From the IMG/VR virus record IMGVR_UViG_3300031800_000786, positions 1 through 52,852 of that record: DNA of 52,852 nt. One strand, 5' to 3'. The first letter of the stretch is position 1. The number at the start of each line of letters is the position of its first letter. The stretch comes from a virus. Taxonomy: Duplodnaviria > Caudoviricetes. Below are positions 18,974 to 28,091 of this stretch, in pieces. The translations under genes and the position numbers were made by a program. Under the pieces are notes generated by a model. The model worked only from the letters and a program-made list of their open reading frames with translations. It did no database searches and was not told the origin of the DNA.

Positions 18974-20584
18974 TTAAGCTGCCACCTCGCGCATAGTCGT
19001 TGCAATAGAAACACTGTGAATTGTGCCTTGCCCGTAAACCTCAAAGGACCATGAATTACCGCGCGTGTTGGGTAGCCTAAATGCTGATTTAGGTATTTGT
19101 CCCGGCGCTAAATGTAATACCTCTACTTCGTCGGCGTAAATGCGCAGCCCTGCAAGGCTCAAATCAACGCCCTTTACCATTGCGCACGCAAAGCTTAGGT
19201 CGTTCGCTATAAACTCCTTAGACTTCCATTCGTAGCTCATTAGCGCAGGGCTTGCCTCCCACTTACTCAGGTTTTGCCCTTGGCAAGTGTATAGCGCATC
19301 ATCTATCAAACTATTAAAACCGCAATTAGCCGTAGCTGTAAAATGCCTAAAATCGCCACTTCTAGGGTCAAATATAAACGCCTTATCTAAGTTAGCACCA
19401 TAAAACGCCAAGTAGCGGCCCTCCTGGTGATACGCTTCAATAGTATGGGGCTCGTATTTTTGCCATTGCTCGCGGGTTATTATTTGGCTTGTTAGCATAG
19501 ATAGCCCGCCACCATTAAAGCCAATTAAACCATCGGGACTTGCGTAAATAAGTGAGCCGTTAACTATAACCGCAGAGCGTGCGCTGGTGCATGATTGGTT
19601 AGACTCTAGTTTTTGGCCGGCTATCGCATCCGGGCTAATGCCACTAAATAAATACGGGTAGCCCTCAGTTAATACCGCAAGCGTATTGCCAAGTGCTGCG
19701 CAGGTAACTATTTTATGCTCGGTTGTTAGCTGGTAACTGCTAGGCCACGCGTAAGGAAGGTAAGACTCGCTAAAGCACACGGTACTATCAAAAAAACCAG
19801 CTAATATGCCATTTGCCATCGACGTTAAGCCGATCATGTTTTCATTGGGCATTTCATAATCGTAGGTATCAAGAGACGATCCTAGCTCGTCTGTACTTAA
19901 ACTGTCGATAAGTAGGTTTTGCGCTATGGGTATTTCAGCCACAAATAAATAATCTGCAATGCCGCCACCGGTTGCAGTTCGGTATATTCGGCGGTGCGTT
20001 ATATTCGACGCGTTAACGTTCGGCGGTGAAAAAGCCAGTGACACAAATGTGCCTTCCTCATTGGGGTATCTAATATCAATGCGCTGCGACGCTTCGCCAG
20101 GCGGCCCCTCTTCGCCTTGCTCAGTCACAAACGTATGCGTGTAATAGCGGGTTTCATCATCATTAGGATCAATCTCTTCGGTAGCCGCGTCAGTAACCGT
20201 TGCTATTATAGGAACTTCGGGCGCTTGAATACCTAAGCGATAAGCACTAGCAGGCATAATGGAGCCGCTAAAAATAGCGTTATTCGTTACCTTCGGGTAG
20301 CCGTCACCGGTAAAGTAAACGCGTTGCCATGGATCGTTAGCCACCGGACTTGCTACCGCATTAACAACTTTGTTCCATGAAAACCAGTATTCATTTAGGT
20401 GCTTGTAAATGGTCTTTGCATTAAAGATAACAGTGTCGCCGGTAAGTGCTGGGCGCTTAAGTGGCGATAAGTTACCATTATCAAAATGACAGCCGTAGGC
20501 TTTAGAGGCTGATTCGTTGGGGAGTAAGCGCGGATCAACTTTAGGCCGTTCACCGGCAAATGTTTTAACGGATATGGCAGGCAT
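18974..20584 (-). CDS. Tail nozzle / DNA-stabilisation protein
   Basis: FAGERPK..PRLLP N-terminus, GEEGPP, FSESYLPYAWP; 536 aa in nozzle position. Confidence 0.7.
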   Translation of the reverse strand: MPAISVKTFAGERPKVDPRLLPNESASKAYGCHFDNGNLSPLKRPALTGDTVIFNAKTIYKHLNEYWFSWNKVVNAVASPVANDPWQRVYFTGDGYPKVTNNAIFSGSIMPASAYRLGIQAPEVPIIATVTDAATEEIDPNDDETRYYTHTFVTEQGEEGPPGEASQRIDIRYPNEEGTFVSLAFSPPNVNASNITHRRIYRTATGGGIADYLFVAEIPIAQNLLIDSLSTDELGSSLDTYDYEMPNENMIGLTSMANGILAGFFDSTVCFSESYLPYAWPSSYQLTTEHKIVTCAALGNTLAVLTEGYPYLFSGISPDAIAGQKLESNQSCTSARSAVIVNGSLIYASPDGLIGFNGGGLSMLTSQIITREQWQKYEPHTIEAYHQEGRYLAFYGANLDKAFIFDPRSGDFRHFTATANCGFNSLIDDALYTCQGQNLSKWEASPALMSYEWKSKEFIANDLSFACAMVKGVDLSLAGLRIYADEVEVLHLAPGQIPKSAFRLPNTRGNSWSFEVYGQGTIHSVSIATTMREVAA

Positions 20585-20633
20585 AGTATTCGCTTATAGT
20601 TAGATTAAATGTTTAATAGTTGCTGTGGGCGGG

Positions 20634-20963
20634 TTATCTTATTTTGATTACTTTGCTTTCCCATTTGTGCGCGCGCCTGCAATGGTTGTCCCCATCAAAA
20701 GGCCGCGCTAAAAAATCAATAACCAGCATTTGGTACCGGTAGCGTTTATCATGCGACAACCTAAAACTGCGCGCAGAAATAGACTCAAGTTTAGTACCAT
20801 GACACATACTGCAAATGGCAATATCCATGCTGTGCAAACTATTAAATGCCCAAGTGTTACCCGTCAGTGCAATAGCGCTAAGGACGGTAAACGGGGCTAT
20901 AAATAGCAGAGCGCATAGCGCATACGCAGCTAATGTTCGCAGTGTTTTTAATGCTGCTAGCAT
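20634..20963 (-). CDS. Hypothetical membrane protein of the tail module
   Basis: N-terminal TM helix, ESISAR...IDFL..F..NHC motif seen in phage proteins near tail-fibre genes. Confidence 0.6.
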   Translation of the reverse strand: MLAALKTLRTLAAYALCALLFIAPFTVLSAIALTGNTWAFNSLHSMDIAICSMCHGTKLESISARSFRLSHDKRYRYQMLVIDFLARPFDGDNHCRRAHKWESKVIKIR

Positions 20964-20983
20964 GTGACTCTCCTTGCTTATTG

Positions 20984-21316
20984 TTAGCTCCGGCTAATTG
21001 ACCATATATTTTCCACATACTCTACCGCAAGCTTATGCGCTTCTACTATCTCAGCCTTGGTGCATTCAACCATAACGCCGGTACCCACATCGGCAGTAGA
21101 CCATTTAATAATCGCATCATCGGGCGCATCAATGTGGCGAATAACGCTATTGCCGAGCTTTATTATTGAGGGTTCGTCAGCATGGAATCGTTTGCCACTC
21201 GTCACCGTTACAATATTGCGCGCTACAAGTGCCTCTCTTTCAACTCTGAACCGCTGAATATCCCGCTCTAACTCTTCAGCACGTAAATCATCGGCGGTCT
21301 TTATGTTTTTAAACAT
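20984..21316 (-). CDS. Tail-fibre assembly/chaperone-like protein (DUF4376-like)
   Basis: GKRFHADE..S..W..AD motif; downstream of the tail fibre. Confidence 0.55.
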   Translation of the reverse strand: MFKNIKTADDLRAEELERDIQRFRVEREALVARNIVTVTSGKRFHADEPSIIKLGNSVIRHIDAPDDAIIKWSTADVGTGVMVECTKAEIVEAHKLAVEYVENIWSISRS

Positions 21317-21626
21317 CGGATGCTGCCTTTTTCTTTGTCAATGGGCATTTAATGGTGCCACTTGTAATTTCAAACTCATAATCTAGTGGGTTTGTTGATT
21401 GCATAGGCTCGTAAATATCTGTGCTATACGGATATTTAATAGTGACTTCATCACGAGTAACAATACCCACTAACGGTGACTCTTCACTTGCTTCTGCTTG
21501 CCCACCTTCTGGCACTTGGGATAAATCAATATTAGTATTACCTACTGACAGTGTTAAGCCGTTTAATACTATTACGGGTGCGTTTGTTGTTTCAGTAACG
21601 CAAACTGGTGACAATTTAATTTTCAT
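21309..21626 (-). CDS. Tail-fibre-associated protein
   Basis: MKIKLSP...IDLS..PEG motif common in proteins following tail fibres. Confidence 0.6.
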   Translation of the reverse strand: MKIKLSPVCVTETTNAPVIVLNGLTLSVGNTNIDLSQVPEGGQAEASEESPLVGIVTRDEVTIKYPYSTDIYEPMQSTNPLDYEFEITSGTIKCPLTKKKAASDV

Positions 21627-21636
21627 AATTTACTCC

Positions 21637-22758
21637 TTAGTACCAATAACCTGTGAGTGTGTAGCTAACACTGGTCAGTCCTGACCTTCCGCTGACTATT
21701 TGCTGCAAGGACGATTTCACACCCATCCCTCTGGGAAAAATGTCACTTCCCCATTTGTCAGTTACTGCAGTTATAGTGTTAAGCGAAAATGCTATGGAGG
21801 GAGGAGCTATGAAGTCCACGTTGCTGAGAAGATCCTGCGTTACGACTGACGACCAATCAAACTGCATAGTACCGTGCAGTATTGCTAATCCGCAGGCATA
21901 CTTAGAATACTTTACATTAGGACCACTACCACGCTCAATGATAGCGCCGGTGGGCACACCGCCTGATTGCGACACCGTACCCACGGTATTTCTTGTGTGA
22001 TATATTTCGTTCCAAGGCGACCATACTCCCTGGCTTTTCTTCCTAAAAAAACATCTATTACCCAAGGACATAGATATGAAAGTTTGTGTCGCGTAATTTT
22101 CTGCCAGTGCAAATGATTGGTTGTGTTGCAGAGACCCTTGGTTATCGGTATTTGTCCCAACGTAAGGACTCCCCGCCCAAGCGGCTGGGGTGGAATATGT
22201 GCCTGTTCTTGAAATAGTATCTCCGTTATCATTTTCAAGCCTAACCCCTTTTGTGTTTCCTAACCCAAACGCGCCCACTTCCATCACATTACCCGCAGAC
22301 GTTCCAACGTCCCGCGATACCACAGTCCCCGTTAGTGCTTGGATATTGTTCAGGCTTTTGTACTGGTAAGTGTTGCCGTGACTATCAGTAAGTGATACCG
22401 AGCTGTCGGTAGAGGTAAGCCAGTTGCGCAACTCGTCTAAAAACAATTGCTTTTGATTAAACTGCACCGATATTTGCCCGGCAATCCGCGTTAATATTGT
22501 GCCGGACGTACTGCGCAAAATAGCATAATTAACCCCTGCAGCGGTGCCACCTTCATAGCCTCTATCAAGCACTATACTTGTGTCACTGTTTACTGCTATC
22601 ACCTCATACCAGGTCTTTGCATCCACGGTAAACGCATCACCTACCGCAATTGCCACCAAGTCATTGAGCCACTTGCTGCCCGCGCCAGAAATCGTTTTAA
22701 CGCCGTTAGTTACGTTAACTTTACCTACGCGATACCACGCGCCTGCGCTTGCTGTCAT
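21637..22758 (-). CDS. Tail fibre protein
   Basis: WYRVG.V.VTNG..TI.G.G.KW N-terminus; GNVMEVGAFGLG; WSPWNEIY knob; VGTVSQSGGVPTGAIIERGS. Confidence 0.88.
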   Translation of the reverse strand: MTASAGAWYRVGKVNVTNGVKTISGAGSKWLNDLVAIAVGDAFTVDAKTWYEVIAVNSDTSIVLDRGYEGGTAAGVNYAILRSTSGTILTRIAGQISVQFNQKQLFLDELRNWLTSTDSSVSLTDSHGNTYQYKSLNNIQALTGTVVSRDVGTSAGNVMEVGAFGLGNTKGVRLENDNGDTISRTGTYSTPAAWAGSPYVGTNTDNQGSLQHNQSFALAENYATQTFISMSLGNRCFFRKKSQGVWSPWNEIYHTRNTVGTVSQSGGVPTGAIIERGSGPNVKYSKYACGLAILHGTMQFDWSSVVTQDLLSNVDFIAPPSIAFSLNTITAVTDKWGSDIFPRGMGVKSSLQQIVSGRSGLTSVSYTLTGYWY

Positions 22759-22759
22759 G

Positions 22760-23413
22760 TTAGTTTCCTTTCTCTTCGCCCATCATCGCTACGTCAGCTT
22801 GGCTTTTTTCACCTAACTGGCTTCTAAATGCGTTCATGTGCATTTGGCTCTTGTTTGGATTAGCTGCATATTCAGCATCTTTCATATACGCGCGGTACAA
22901 AACCCATTCAATAATGGCGTTTACATACACATCATCAAGCGCAATAACTTCGCCCGAATCGTTGGCCGCTGAATCAATTGCCGGCGGTGCCTTTGAATAA
23001 ACCAAGGTCAACTGAATGCCAGGCGTAACACCAGGGTAAACATAAAATGTTTTAGGGTTGCGCTCGTCGTAGATATAAAGCTCTACTTCGGTAGCTGTTT
23101 TGCCTGCGTACCAGGTATCGTAGTTATCATCTAGGACTTGGCGATTATAAGGGCCACGAATAGCTTTGCCGCTAGCGTTACGCGGTATATCAATTAGTTT
23201 AAGCGCATCGGCTGGCAAAGACTGCTTTACCCCGACAACACATGCAAAGTTGTCAACGTCAACGGTGTAAGAGTCAGGGCGGCGCAATACAATGGCGCGC
23301 TGTGCATCGTTTAAGTAATTTAATAGCTCGTCTTTAGGCCAGCGAGTAAAGCCAGGATCGTTTAGCAGCTTATTAACGCGCTGCATGATTTCATTTGATG
23401 TAACTATAGCCAT
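22760..23413 (-). CDS. Head-tail adaptor / tail tubular protein (DUF6682-like)
   Basis: RW..ELL.YLNDAQ..I..RPD; LYRAY.KDAE. Confidence 0.7.
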   Translation of the reverse strand: MAIVTSNEIMQRVNKLLNDPGFTRWPKDELLNYLNDAQRAIVLRRPDSYTVDVDNFACVVGVKQSLPADALKLIDIPRNASGKAIRGPYNRQVLDDNYDTWYAGKTATEVELYIYDERNPKTFYVYPGVTPGIQLTLVYSKAPPAIDSAANDSGEVIALDDVYVNAIIEWVLYRAYMKDAEYAANPNKSQMHMNAFRSQLGEKSQADVAMMGEEKGN

Positions 23414-23973
23414 TAGAAAAATACTCTTGGTTGTGTTGGTCTTTGCTCGTCCAGAGCTTCAATAGCAACTTGGAAGGCATCGCGGTAGCCATCGGTAAAA
23501 CGGCGTTTAAAGTAGTCAGACTTTGATAAGTCGGTCCATTGGGTGTTAGGCATCATCGACAGGTTTGCGGCTGCGCCATCTGCGATAGCATCGGCCCACC
23601 GGTTAACAATGGTGTTATCTGCTTCAAATTCATTAGGCAGCATAAATTGCGGGGCGATGTGGTAAAACACACGTAATTTTGCAGTAGTGCCGAGCGCCGT
23701 TACTTTACCGCCGGTAGATACAGTGTAATCTTGTGCGCTTTTAAGCTCGCGCCCATTAGCATCCAATACAAAATCAACACTCACAAATACATGATCATCA
23801 TCAATAACAAGCGTGCCGTCTTGCCCTTGCTCAATTTCTTGAATGCGGGCCAAAAAGCGCGACTCATAACAAAACTTTTGATAGGCGCGACCTAGTTGGT
23901 CCTTTGCCATTTGATCAAGAACGCCCCCGCAGCGCTCACGAACTAACGGGATCAAGCTAGATAGTTGCGCCAT
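23413..23973 (-). CDS. Virion adaptor/connector protein
   Basis: AYQKFC..S...AIADGA..L..MP...W motif; coupled to neighbours. Confidence 0.6.
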   Translation of the reverse strand: MAQLSSLIPLVRERCGGVLDQMAKDQLGRAYQKFCYESRFLARIQEIEQGQDGTLVIDDDHVFVSVDFVLDANGRELKSAQDYTVSTGGKVTALGTTAKLRVFYHIAPQFMLPNEFEADNTIVNRWADAIADGAAANLSMMPNTQWTDLSKSDYFKRRFTDGYRDAFQVAIEALDEQRPTQPRVFF

Positions 23974-23976
23974 TAG

Positions 23977-24438
23977 TTACTCTCCGCCGTTTTCAGTGGC
24001 AGTTAGTGCACGTACTGCGTCACGTACTCTTAGCTTGTAAGCAGGTAACGGCTTTTTAGCGCCTTCAATAACCAGATCGTGCGCAACAACAAAGGTATCA
24101 AGCTGTGAAGAGCTGTATTTGCCCAGGTCGATAGTTTCGCCGCCAATTTCAACGGTAAGATCCGCATCTTTAATGGCTTTCTGCTTAGCTTCTTCCGCGG
24201 CTAAACGCTTTTGCTGTTCCGCTTCTTGCTCTGCTTCTAGTCGTTCGATAACGTCTTTAAGCTCAGACTCAAGCACCCACACTTTTGGGTAACTTAAAAA
24301 GCGTTGCAGTAAATCGTTATCTACGGGTACCGGCTCTAGCTGTTTAAATACTAAGCGCGTACCGCATACGGTGTCTTTTTTAAATGGCTTACTGCCGATG
24401 TAGACAATATTAGTTTTGGTAGTCATGGTCATTCCCAA
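23977..24438 (-). CDS. Conserved hypothetical virion-module protein
   Basis: IVYIG.K..KKDTV.G...VF motif, downstream of capsid genes; start may be the ATG at 24426. Confidence 0.65.
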   Translation of the reverse strand: MGMTMTTKTNIVYIGSKPFKKDTVCGTRLVFKQLEPVPVDNDLLQRFLSYPKVWVLESELKDVIERLEAEQEAEQQKRLAAEEAKQKAIKDADLTVEIGGETIDLGKYSSSQLDTFVVAHDLVIEGAKKPLPAYKLRVRDAVRALTATENGGE

Positions 24439-24465
24439 TAAAAAAGCCCCGCAAACGCAGGGCTA
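24439..24465 (-). terminator. Intrinsic terminator after capsid/decoration genes
   Basis: Minus strand AGCCCTGCGTTTGCGGGGCT followed by a T-run. Confidence 0.7.
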
Positions 24466-24490
24466 GATTTAAACGTGTATCGAAAAAGGC

Positions 24491-24871
24491 TTAGTAACCT
24501 TTGTAGCGGTACTCAATTTGCAGTACCACTTCGCCGGTAGCTGCGCCAGTGCCGGTATTCTTGACCACTAAGTCGCTAGGACCTTCATCGCCAATGTAGT
24601 GCGGCTTAACGTAAGTAACGCCGTCGCCCGCTGCGACTGTTGAGAACGCAGCTAAATCGGTTGAGTCGCCATTGCGATTAACCACTTGTGCTGTCACTTC
24701 CGTATTAGCACCAAGCGCGTCATTAATAATGCGAACGCCAGTAATTTGCGTGCCAATAGGTAGGTTTGCAGACGCAACCGCCACGCCACTTACTGCTAAA
24801 GCTGATAATGCCAGGGTAGCGCTGTGCATTGATAAATTGCCCGCAGCGCCTTTGTAAAATGTTTCTTTCAT
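24491..24871 (-). CDS. Capsid decoration/cement protein
   Basis: 126 aa, beta-rich, small-residue-rich (LPIG.QI), directly after the major capsid gene. Confidence 0.6.
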   Translation of the reverse strand: MKETFYKGAAGNLSMHSATLALSALAVSGVAVASANLPIGTQITGVRIINDALGANTEVTAQVVNRNGDSTDLAAFSTVAAGDGVTYVKPHYIGDEGPSDLVVKNTGTGAATGEVVLQIEYRYKGY

Positions 24872-24924
24872 GGTGTTATTCCAATTAGTTAACGAATAAA
24901 AGGCGACCTAAGCCGCCAGCTAAA

Positions 24925-26136
24925 TTAAAGCGTAACGGCGGTATCAAGGACCATAGTACCGTAATCGTTTACGCGGCCTGACTTATCAGAGAAGCGTACT
25001 TTCTTACAGCCATTCATCCATACGATTGCTGTTTCATTGGCGTTGCCATGGTCGGTTTTCTCAGTAGTCATAGAGAAGTGCGAGCCTGAATCAGACTTAC
25101 CGTATGCGTTAGCAAGTGCCTGGCCACCTAATAAGATAGCGCGGTCAATGTCTACGCCTGCAGTAACCTGTTTGGTCGTTGCAAGTCTGTCATTGTTAGA
25201 CACTGTAACCGTATCGCCTGCATAGAAGCGTACTGGCTTACGATATTGACGAACAAGAATGTTGCGCCACATGATCACATCGCCTTTGAATACCGGGTGA
25301 TTAAAGCCGGTACCACGTTTAATAGCGCGCGATTGTAGCTCTTGCAATTTCTTATCAGTCGCAGAAGCCCATAGGTCACGCCATTGACGCGGAGTAACAA
25401 ACAGCAAGAAGAACGGTGACTCATTCGCCATCTGATCAGCTTCAAACGTGATGTGCTTCATCGGGTTTGATTGCTCTTCAAGAATAAGCGCTAAATCATC
25501 TAGTTTTTCTAGCGTCATAATATCCGCAGCATCAATGCTCTCAAGGCTAGTCGCATCACCACCAAAGATATGACGGTCATATGTAGGTGCCGACACTTCG
25601 TTAACCATGATTTCTTTAAACTCTTCATGGCTTTCAAGTGGGATAATAATATCGTCCGGTGCAAACGAACCGCGCGCGCCCGCCAAGTGGTACATAGCCA
25701 CTTCGTCTTTAAGGTCGTTGTAGTAGTTACCTAACAGCGTTTTAGCTGTTGTAAGCAAGTTATGCTTAGTACGTTTTTGTGACATTTTGCCACCGCTATC
25801 AACCATCTTACGGCCTTGGTCAATGCGCAATTCAAATACTGTCTTGCTTAAGCTCTCGCCTCGGCCTTCTAGTTTTTTATCGCCCATCGTTGGCAAACCG
25901 CCTAGATTATGGAACAAGTCCATTTCTACTGCGTCGCCTGCTTGGCTTTGTAAGTCGTTGATCATAACAATGGGTGCGCCCTTTTCAGTTTGCTTTTTGT
26001 TATGTGCCGTGTCTGCTTTTGCTGCTTGTGGAGCTGCGCCGGTTAACATATTCACAAACGTATTTTGACGACGAGTGTGGGTAAACAGGGCAGCGCCAAA
26101 CGCCTTAGCCGCTTGCGCTTTAGTAATTGTGCTCAT
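24925..26136 (-). CDS. Major capsid protein, N4-gp56/DUF4043 family
   Basis: DL..QAGD.V, PTMGD..LEGRGE, GG.MSQKRT, HLAGARG, DRA.LLG.QAL, D.G..VLDTAV. Confidence 0.92.
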   Translation of the reverse strand: MSTITKAQAAKAFGAALFTHTRRQNTFVNMLTGAAPQAAKADTAHNKKQTEKGAPIVMINDLQSQAGDAVEMDLFHNLGGLPTMGDKKLEGRGESLSKTVFELRIDQGRKMVDSGGKMSQKRTKHNLLTTAKTLLGNYYNDLKDEVAMYHLAGARGSFAPDDIIIPLESHEEFKEIMVNEVSAPTYDRHIFGGDATSLESIDAADIMTLEKLDDLALILEEQSNPMKHITFEADQMANESPFFLLFVTPRQWRDLWASATDKKLQELQSRAIKRGTGFNHPVFKGDVIMWRNILVRQYRKPVRFYAGDTVTVSNNDRLATTKQVTAGVDIDRAILLGGQALANAYGKSDSGSHFSMTTEKTDHGNANETAIVWMNGCKKVRFSDKSGRVNDYGTMVLDTAVTL

Positions 26137-26145
26137 TTTAATTTC

Positions 26146-27162
26146 CTAGAGAAAATCTGACGCGCTCTCAAGCATCGCCTCAATTTGCGCCTCGGTCATA
26201 CTTGCCATTTGATCCGTGATAGTACCGGCATCTTTATCTAGTAAGTTTGCGTTAGCGCTTGAGTCGTTGGCTTGCGAGCCTAAATCAGTTGGGGTATTTG
26301 GGATTGGTGCAGACGTTCCGTTGTTGCTTGGCTTAGGCTTGTGCTGTTCGCCAAACGCCTTCTGAACGCGCTTTTCAACTTCTTTAAAACGTTCTGCTAC
26401 TGGTTTGTTTGCAAACAATGGGTCTTTTGCGAGCTTGTCATCAATAACCTTTGCCATATCCCACTTATCAACGTCACTTTCCATCCACTGCTTTAAATGC
26501 TGTGAACTAGAAAACGCGCTTTGCACTTCATTTTCTGAGGTGGGTTGCTGTGGTTCTGGCTGGCTCTTGCTGCCGTATTGCTGAATTTGGTTAGCAAGTT
26601 CACTAACTAATTCACCTAGCTCTGGGTATTCGTCTTTAATGCGATTCATTAGCTCAGGATCTTTAAGCATTTCGCCTGGCAGTTTGCGCGGGTCCATTCC
26701 AGCCTCTTTTAACTGGCTGCTATGTAACTCTGCTACACGCTTGGTTTCTGCAAACTGACTTTCAAGTTCCGCCTTTTCTGTGGTTAGTCGCTCACGCTCT
26801 GCTTCGGCTGCTGCTGCTCGCTCTCGCGTTTGCACAAGTACGTCATACGGTAAACTGTGCTGACCGTTCTTGCTGCTTACCTCCGTTGCTTTTACGTAAT
26901 ACTCACCATCAATTTCAACGTAACCCTCTGGCGCTTCACCTTCTTTGGTTGACGACTCCCCTTCTACGTCTGTTTTAGTTGATGCTTCGCTTGCTTCCTG
27001 CTTTGGCTCTGCTGCAGGTGCTTCTTCTTTGATTTCTACTACAGGCTCTTTTTCGCCATCTTCGTCACCAAATAGTGTTTCACCTTCAATATCAAGACCA
27101 GCTAGTGCTGCCTCGATTTCTTCGTCAGTGCCATTTGCTAATATCTCGTCTAGTTCGTCCAC
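26146..27162 (-). CDS. Capsid scaffolding protein (likely GTG start at 27162)
   Basis: Acidic, coiled-coil, KNG.H.LPYDVL motif; GGGG RBS before GTG; immediately upstream of the major capsid gene. Confidence 0.75.
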   Translation of the reverse strand: MDELDEILANGTDEEIEAALAGLDIEGETLFGDEDGEKEPVVEIKEEAPAAEPKQEASEASTKTDVEGESSTKEGEAPEGYVEIDGEYYVKATEVSSKNGQHSLPYDVLVQTRERAAAAEAERERLTTEKAELESQFAETKRVAELHSSQLKEAGMDPRKLPGEMLKDPELMNRIKDEYPELGELVSELANQIQQYGSKSQPEPQQPTSENEVQSAFSSSQHLKQWMESDVDKWDMAKVIDDKLAKDPLFANKPVAERFKEVEKRVQKAFGEQHKPKPSNNGTSAPIPNTPTDLGSQANDSSANANLLDKDAGTITDQMASMTEAQIEAMLESASDFL

Positions 27163-27248
27163 TTTATTACCCCATTGACCATTTAACGTATGGCTACGAA
27201 AATTAAAATTCAGGCGTATCGCTGCCCCTGCGAGTTTGTGCATCGCAC

Positions 27249-27280
27249 AAAAAAGCCGCCTTGAGTTAACAAAGCGGCTT
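27249..27280 (-). terminator. Intrinsic terminator upstream of the scaffold gene
   Basis: Minus strand AAGCCGCTTTG..CAAGGCGGCTTTTTT. Confidence 0.8.
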
Positions 27281-27311
27281 CATTTCTGCGTAGTACGTGT
27301 GTTGTTGCGGG

Positions 27312-27512
27312 CTATTGATTTGCCCATATTCTACTTGCTAGCGTTTCGGCGTATGCTTCCATAAACCCAGCCTGCTTAATCATTCTCGCCTGCTCCAAGT
27401 CATCAAGCGTTTTAAATATCTCATTGCCATGAATGAAAGCGTTAAGCGCCTTTGTCTTAACGGTTAGCTCTTTATGCTCATCTTTCATTCTTTCTACGTG
27501 CTTATTGCTCAT
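27312..27512 (-). CDS. crAss001_48-related small helical protein
   Basis: HVERM..E..EL..K..AL..FI....F..L...EQ......Q...M..Y...L..RI pattern; AGGTG RBS. Confidence 0.7.
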   Translation of the reverse strand: MSNKHVERMKDEHKELTVKTKALNAFIHGNEIFKTLDDLEQARMIKQAGFMEAYAETLASRIWANQ

Positions 27513-27523
27513 TCTAATTCACC

Positions 27524-27697
27524 TTATCTATATGGCTTTCGTAGCTTTATCTCTACCGAACCCCAGCTAACGGTTGTATTTCGCTTTTCCTTTCGGCTGT
27601 AGTGGGTAGTGAGTGTGGCTTGTTCGCTATTTTTTGCTTTAGCCGGCTCAAACGCTGGCATTATGTATTTCAAAAACCAGTGCTTGAGTATGTTCAT
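27524..27697 (-). CDS. 57-aa basic hypothetical protein (absent from ORF track)
   Basis: MNILKHWFLKYIMPAFEPAKAK...LRKPYR*; fills the gap between neighbours, ATG 2 nt after the upstream stop. Confidence 0.55.
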   Translation of the reverse strand: MNILKHWFLKYIMPAFEPAKAKNSEQATLTTHYSRKEKRNTTVSWGSVEIKLRKPYR

Positions 27698-27699
27698 GC

Positions 27700-28089
27700 T
27701 TACCCCGCGTGAATAGCTTGCTTAACAATGCTGTGAAATAGTGCATCTTTAACTTGCTGCTTTTCTGGCAAGTGGTGAAATGGCTTTAGATGCTCATGCG
27801 TCTTGCTTTTAACTGAGCGCTTAGGCCCGTACTTCCACCCAGCTACAACCATTTTTGCTACCCATGCGTCATGCCATGCCTTTTCCCCTGCATCTACATT
27901 CAGAATTAAAAACGCTACATGCTCAATAACAGCATCTTTGTCTTGCTGCTCAAGTTCATGCCAGTGCTTTGACGGGTCACGCATTATAAGCGTGTAAGCG
28001 CGGTTAACTTCATGGCACATTTGGGCAATGGACTTGATCTGCTCCATATGTTCTGCCGGTATGTGGTCAAGGCTTTCTAGTTGTTTCAT
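27700..28089 (-). CDS. Stand-alone RyR-domain protein
   Basis: IAQMCHEVNRAY; HDAW...GWKYG....KTH..L.PF..LP..QQ.KD.LF. Confidence 0.85.
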   Translation of the reverse strand: MKQLESLDHIPAEHMEQIKSIAQMCHEVNRAYTLIMRDPSKHWHELEQQDKDAVIEHVAFLILNVDAGEKAWHDAWVAKMVVAGWKYGPKRSVKSKTHEHLKPFHHLPEKQQVKDALFHSIVKQAIHAG

Positions 28090-28091
28090 CG

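Noticed and set aside
20634-22758. Diversity-generating retroelement or invertible tail-fibre switch
   Set aside because: No reverse transcriptase, invertase, template/variable repeat pair or flanking inverted repeats seen
27163-27243. N-terminal extension of the scaffold ORF (MHKLAG...)
   Set aside because: Overlaps a regulatory-looking leader; the GTG at 27162 has the better RBS
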